This document shows positions 14,918 through 16,053 of a stretch of 16,053 nucleotides of DNA, piece by piece. Below the pieces are notes generated by a model. It ran no database searches and was not told where the DNA came from. It saw only the letters and a program-made list of their open reading frames with translations. Made by a program: the position numbers and the translations under genes. Position 1 is the first letter of the stretch. Every line of letters begins with the position of its first letter. Origin of the DNA: a bacterium (GTDB lineage: Bacteria; Electryoneota; Electryoneia; Electryoneales; Electryoneaceae); contig JAZDLX010000153.1 in NCBI GenBank assembly GCA_043801585.1, forward strand, positions 1 through 16,053, read 5' to 3'.

Positions 14918-16051
14918 ATGCCGATCATTCTGTTGATTGACGATGATGTGAAGCTCACCGAATCGATTGTGCTGAACGTGGGCGAGGAGCGGTACGACTG
15001 GCGCGTTGCGCATGACGGAAACGAAGGGTTGAAACTTCTTGAAGAGATGGAGCCTGACCTTGTGATTTCCGACATCCGAATGCCCAATCTGGATGGCATC
15101 TCCCTCCTCGAGCGGGTGAAGAAAATCCGTTCCGACCTGCCCGTCATCATGATCACCGCCTACGAGGACATGGAAACTACGATTCGGGCGATGCAACTCG
15201 GGGCGTTTGAATATGTGCGCAAGCCCATCGATCCCGACGAGCTGGAGCTGGTGATCGACCGTGCGCTGGAGACGGTGCACAAGGAACGCCACCTCTCCGG
15301 GATGATCCAGGAAATCAGCGCGCAATACCGGATAAATAATCTCGTCGGCAGTACCCCGGCGATGCAGGAGATTTTCAAGACCATCGGCCAGGTGACGACC
15401 AGCCGGGTGAGTGTGCTGATCACCGGGGAATCCGGCACCGGCAAGGAACTGATTGCGAAAGCAATCCATTACAACAGCGACAAGAAGGAGAAACCCTTCA
15501 TCGCGATCAACTGTTCGGCGATCCCCGAGGGGCTGATCGAGTCCGAACTGTTCGGGCATGAAAAAGGGGCATTCACCGGTGCGATCGCTTCGACGGTGGG
15601 AAAACTGGAACTCGCCGGAGACGGCACCATCTTCCTCGATGAAATCGGCGACATGCCGCTGCAGATGCAGGCGAAGCTGCTCAGAGTGCTGCAGGAACGG
15701 GAATTTTCACGTGTCGGCGGCAACCGGCGTATCACCTTCGATGCACGTGTCATCGCCGCCACGCACCACCGACTCGATCAGATGGTTCGACAGGGCGATT
15801 TCCGTGAGGATCTCTACTACCGCCTCGCCGTTGTCACCATTGACGTTCCGCCCCTTCGTGAACGGCTGGACGACATCCCCCGCCTCGCCGAATACCTGAT
15901 CGACAAGATCAACATGGAGCAGGGGAGCAATATCCGCCGCATCGATCCCGACGCGTTGAAAAAACTGAAACAGTTCAATTTCCCCGGCAACGTCCGCGAA
16001 CTGGAGAACGTTCTCCGCCATGCCACCGTCATGGCCAAGGGCGACATCCTG
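14918..16051 (+). CDS. Sigma-54-dependent response regulator (NtrC/AtoC/ZraR family), 3'-truncated
   Basis: Not in the ORF track because it has no stop in the window. Hand translation from ATG 14918 gives MPIILLIDDD...DLVISDIRMP...KPID (receiver). It continues with GESGTGKE, ESELFGHEKGAFTGA, FLDEIGD, FREDLYYRL and FPGNVRELEN. A GGGAG RBS lies upstream. Confidence 0.96.
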   Translation, partial: MPIILLIDDDVKLTESIVLNVGEERYDWRVAHDGNEGLKLLEEMEPDLVISDIRMPNLDGISLLERVKKIRSDLPVIMITAYEDMETTIRAMQLGAFEYVRKPIDPDELELVIDRALETVHKERHLSGMIQEISAQYRINNLVGSTPAMQEIFKTIGQVTTSRVSVLITGESGTGKELIAKAIHYNSDKKEKPFIAINCSAIPEGLIESELFGHEKGAFTGAIASTVGKLELAGDGTIFLDEIGDMPLQMQAKLLRVLQEREFSRVGGNRRITFDARVIAATHHRLDQMVRQGDFREDLYYRLAVVTIDVPPLRERLDDIPRLAEYLIDKINMEQGSNIRRIDPDALKKLKQFNFPGNVRELENVLRHATVMAKGDIL

Positions 16052-16053
16052 CT

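Noticed and set aside
14894..16047. Several minus-strand ORFs (221, 94, 97, 104, 76 aa) at the right end
   Set aside because: They are antisense shadows of the sigma-54 regulator on the plus strand.
1..16053. CRISPR arrays, tRNA/rRNA, IS elements, riboswitch or T-box leader for metG
   Set aside because: I saw no periodic repeats, terminal inverted repeats or transposase. All intergenic gaps are under about 120 nt, and metG has only a 9-nt gap upstream.

Overview
Ordinary chromosomal region of a moderately GC-rich diderm bacterium, inferred to be an FCB-superphylum lineage from the HolB insert and the PNPFN-type C-terminal sorting domains. From left to right: the receiver-domain end of a signalling protein (+); a bidirectional terminator; a minus-strand operon envC-like > holB > ricT/yaaT (PSP1) > metG; two tandem secreted M1 zinc aminopeptidases with T9SS/FlgD-like C-terminal domains; an overlap-coupled four-gene unit menG/ubiE > NusG-domain-II protein > Gx-transporter family protein > TPR-like lipoprotein; and a histidine kinase plus a sigma-54 (NtrC-family) response regulator that runs off the right end and is missing from the ORF track. 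I found no mobile element, CRISPR array, rRNA or tRNA. The best candidate for an undescribed system is the menG / NusG-II / Gx / TPR unit. It places an EetA/EetB-like pair beside a quinone methyltransferase, with no flavinylation or Rnf genes next to it. Family assignments come from motif recognition by eye, with no database searches.
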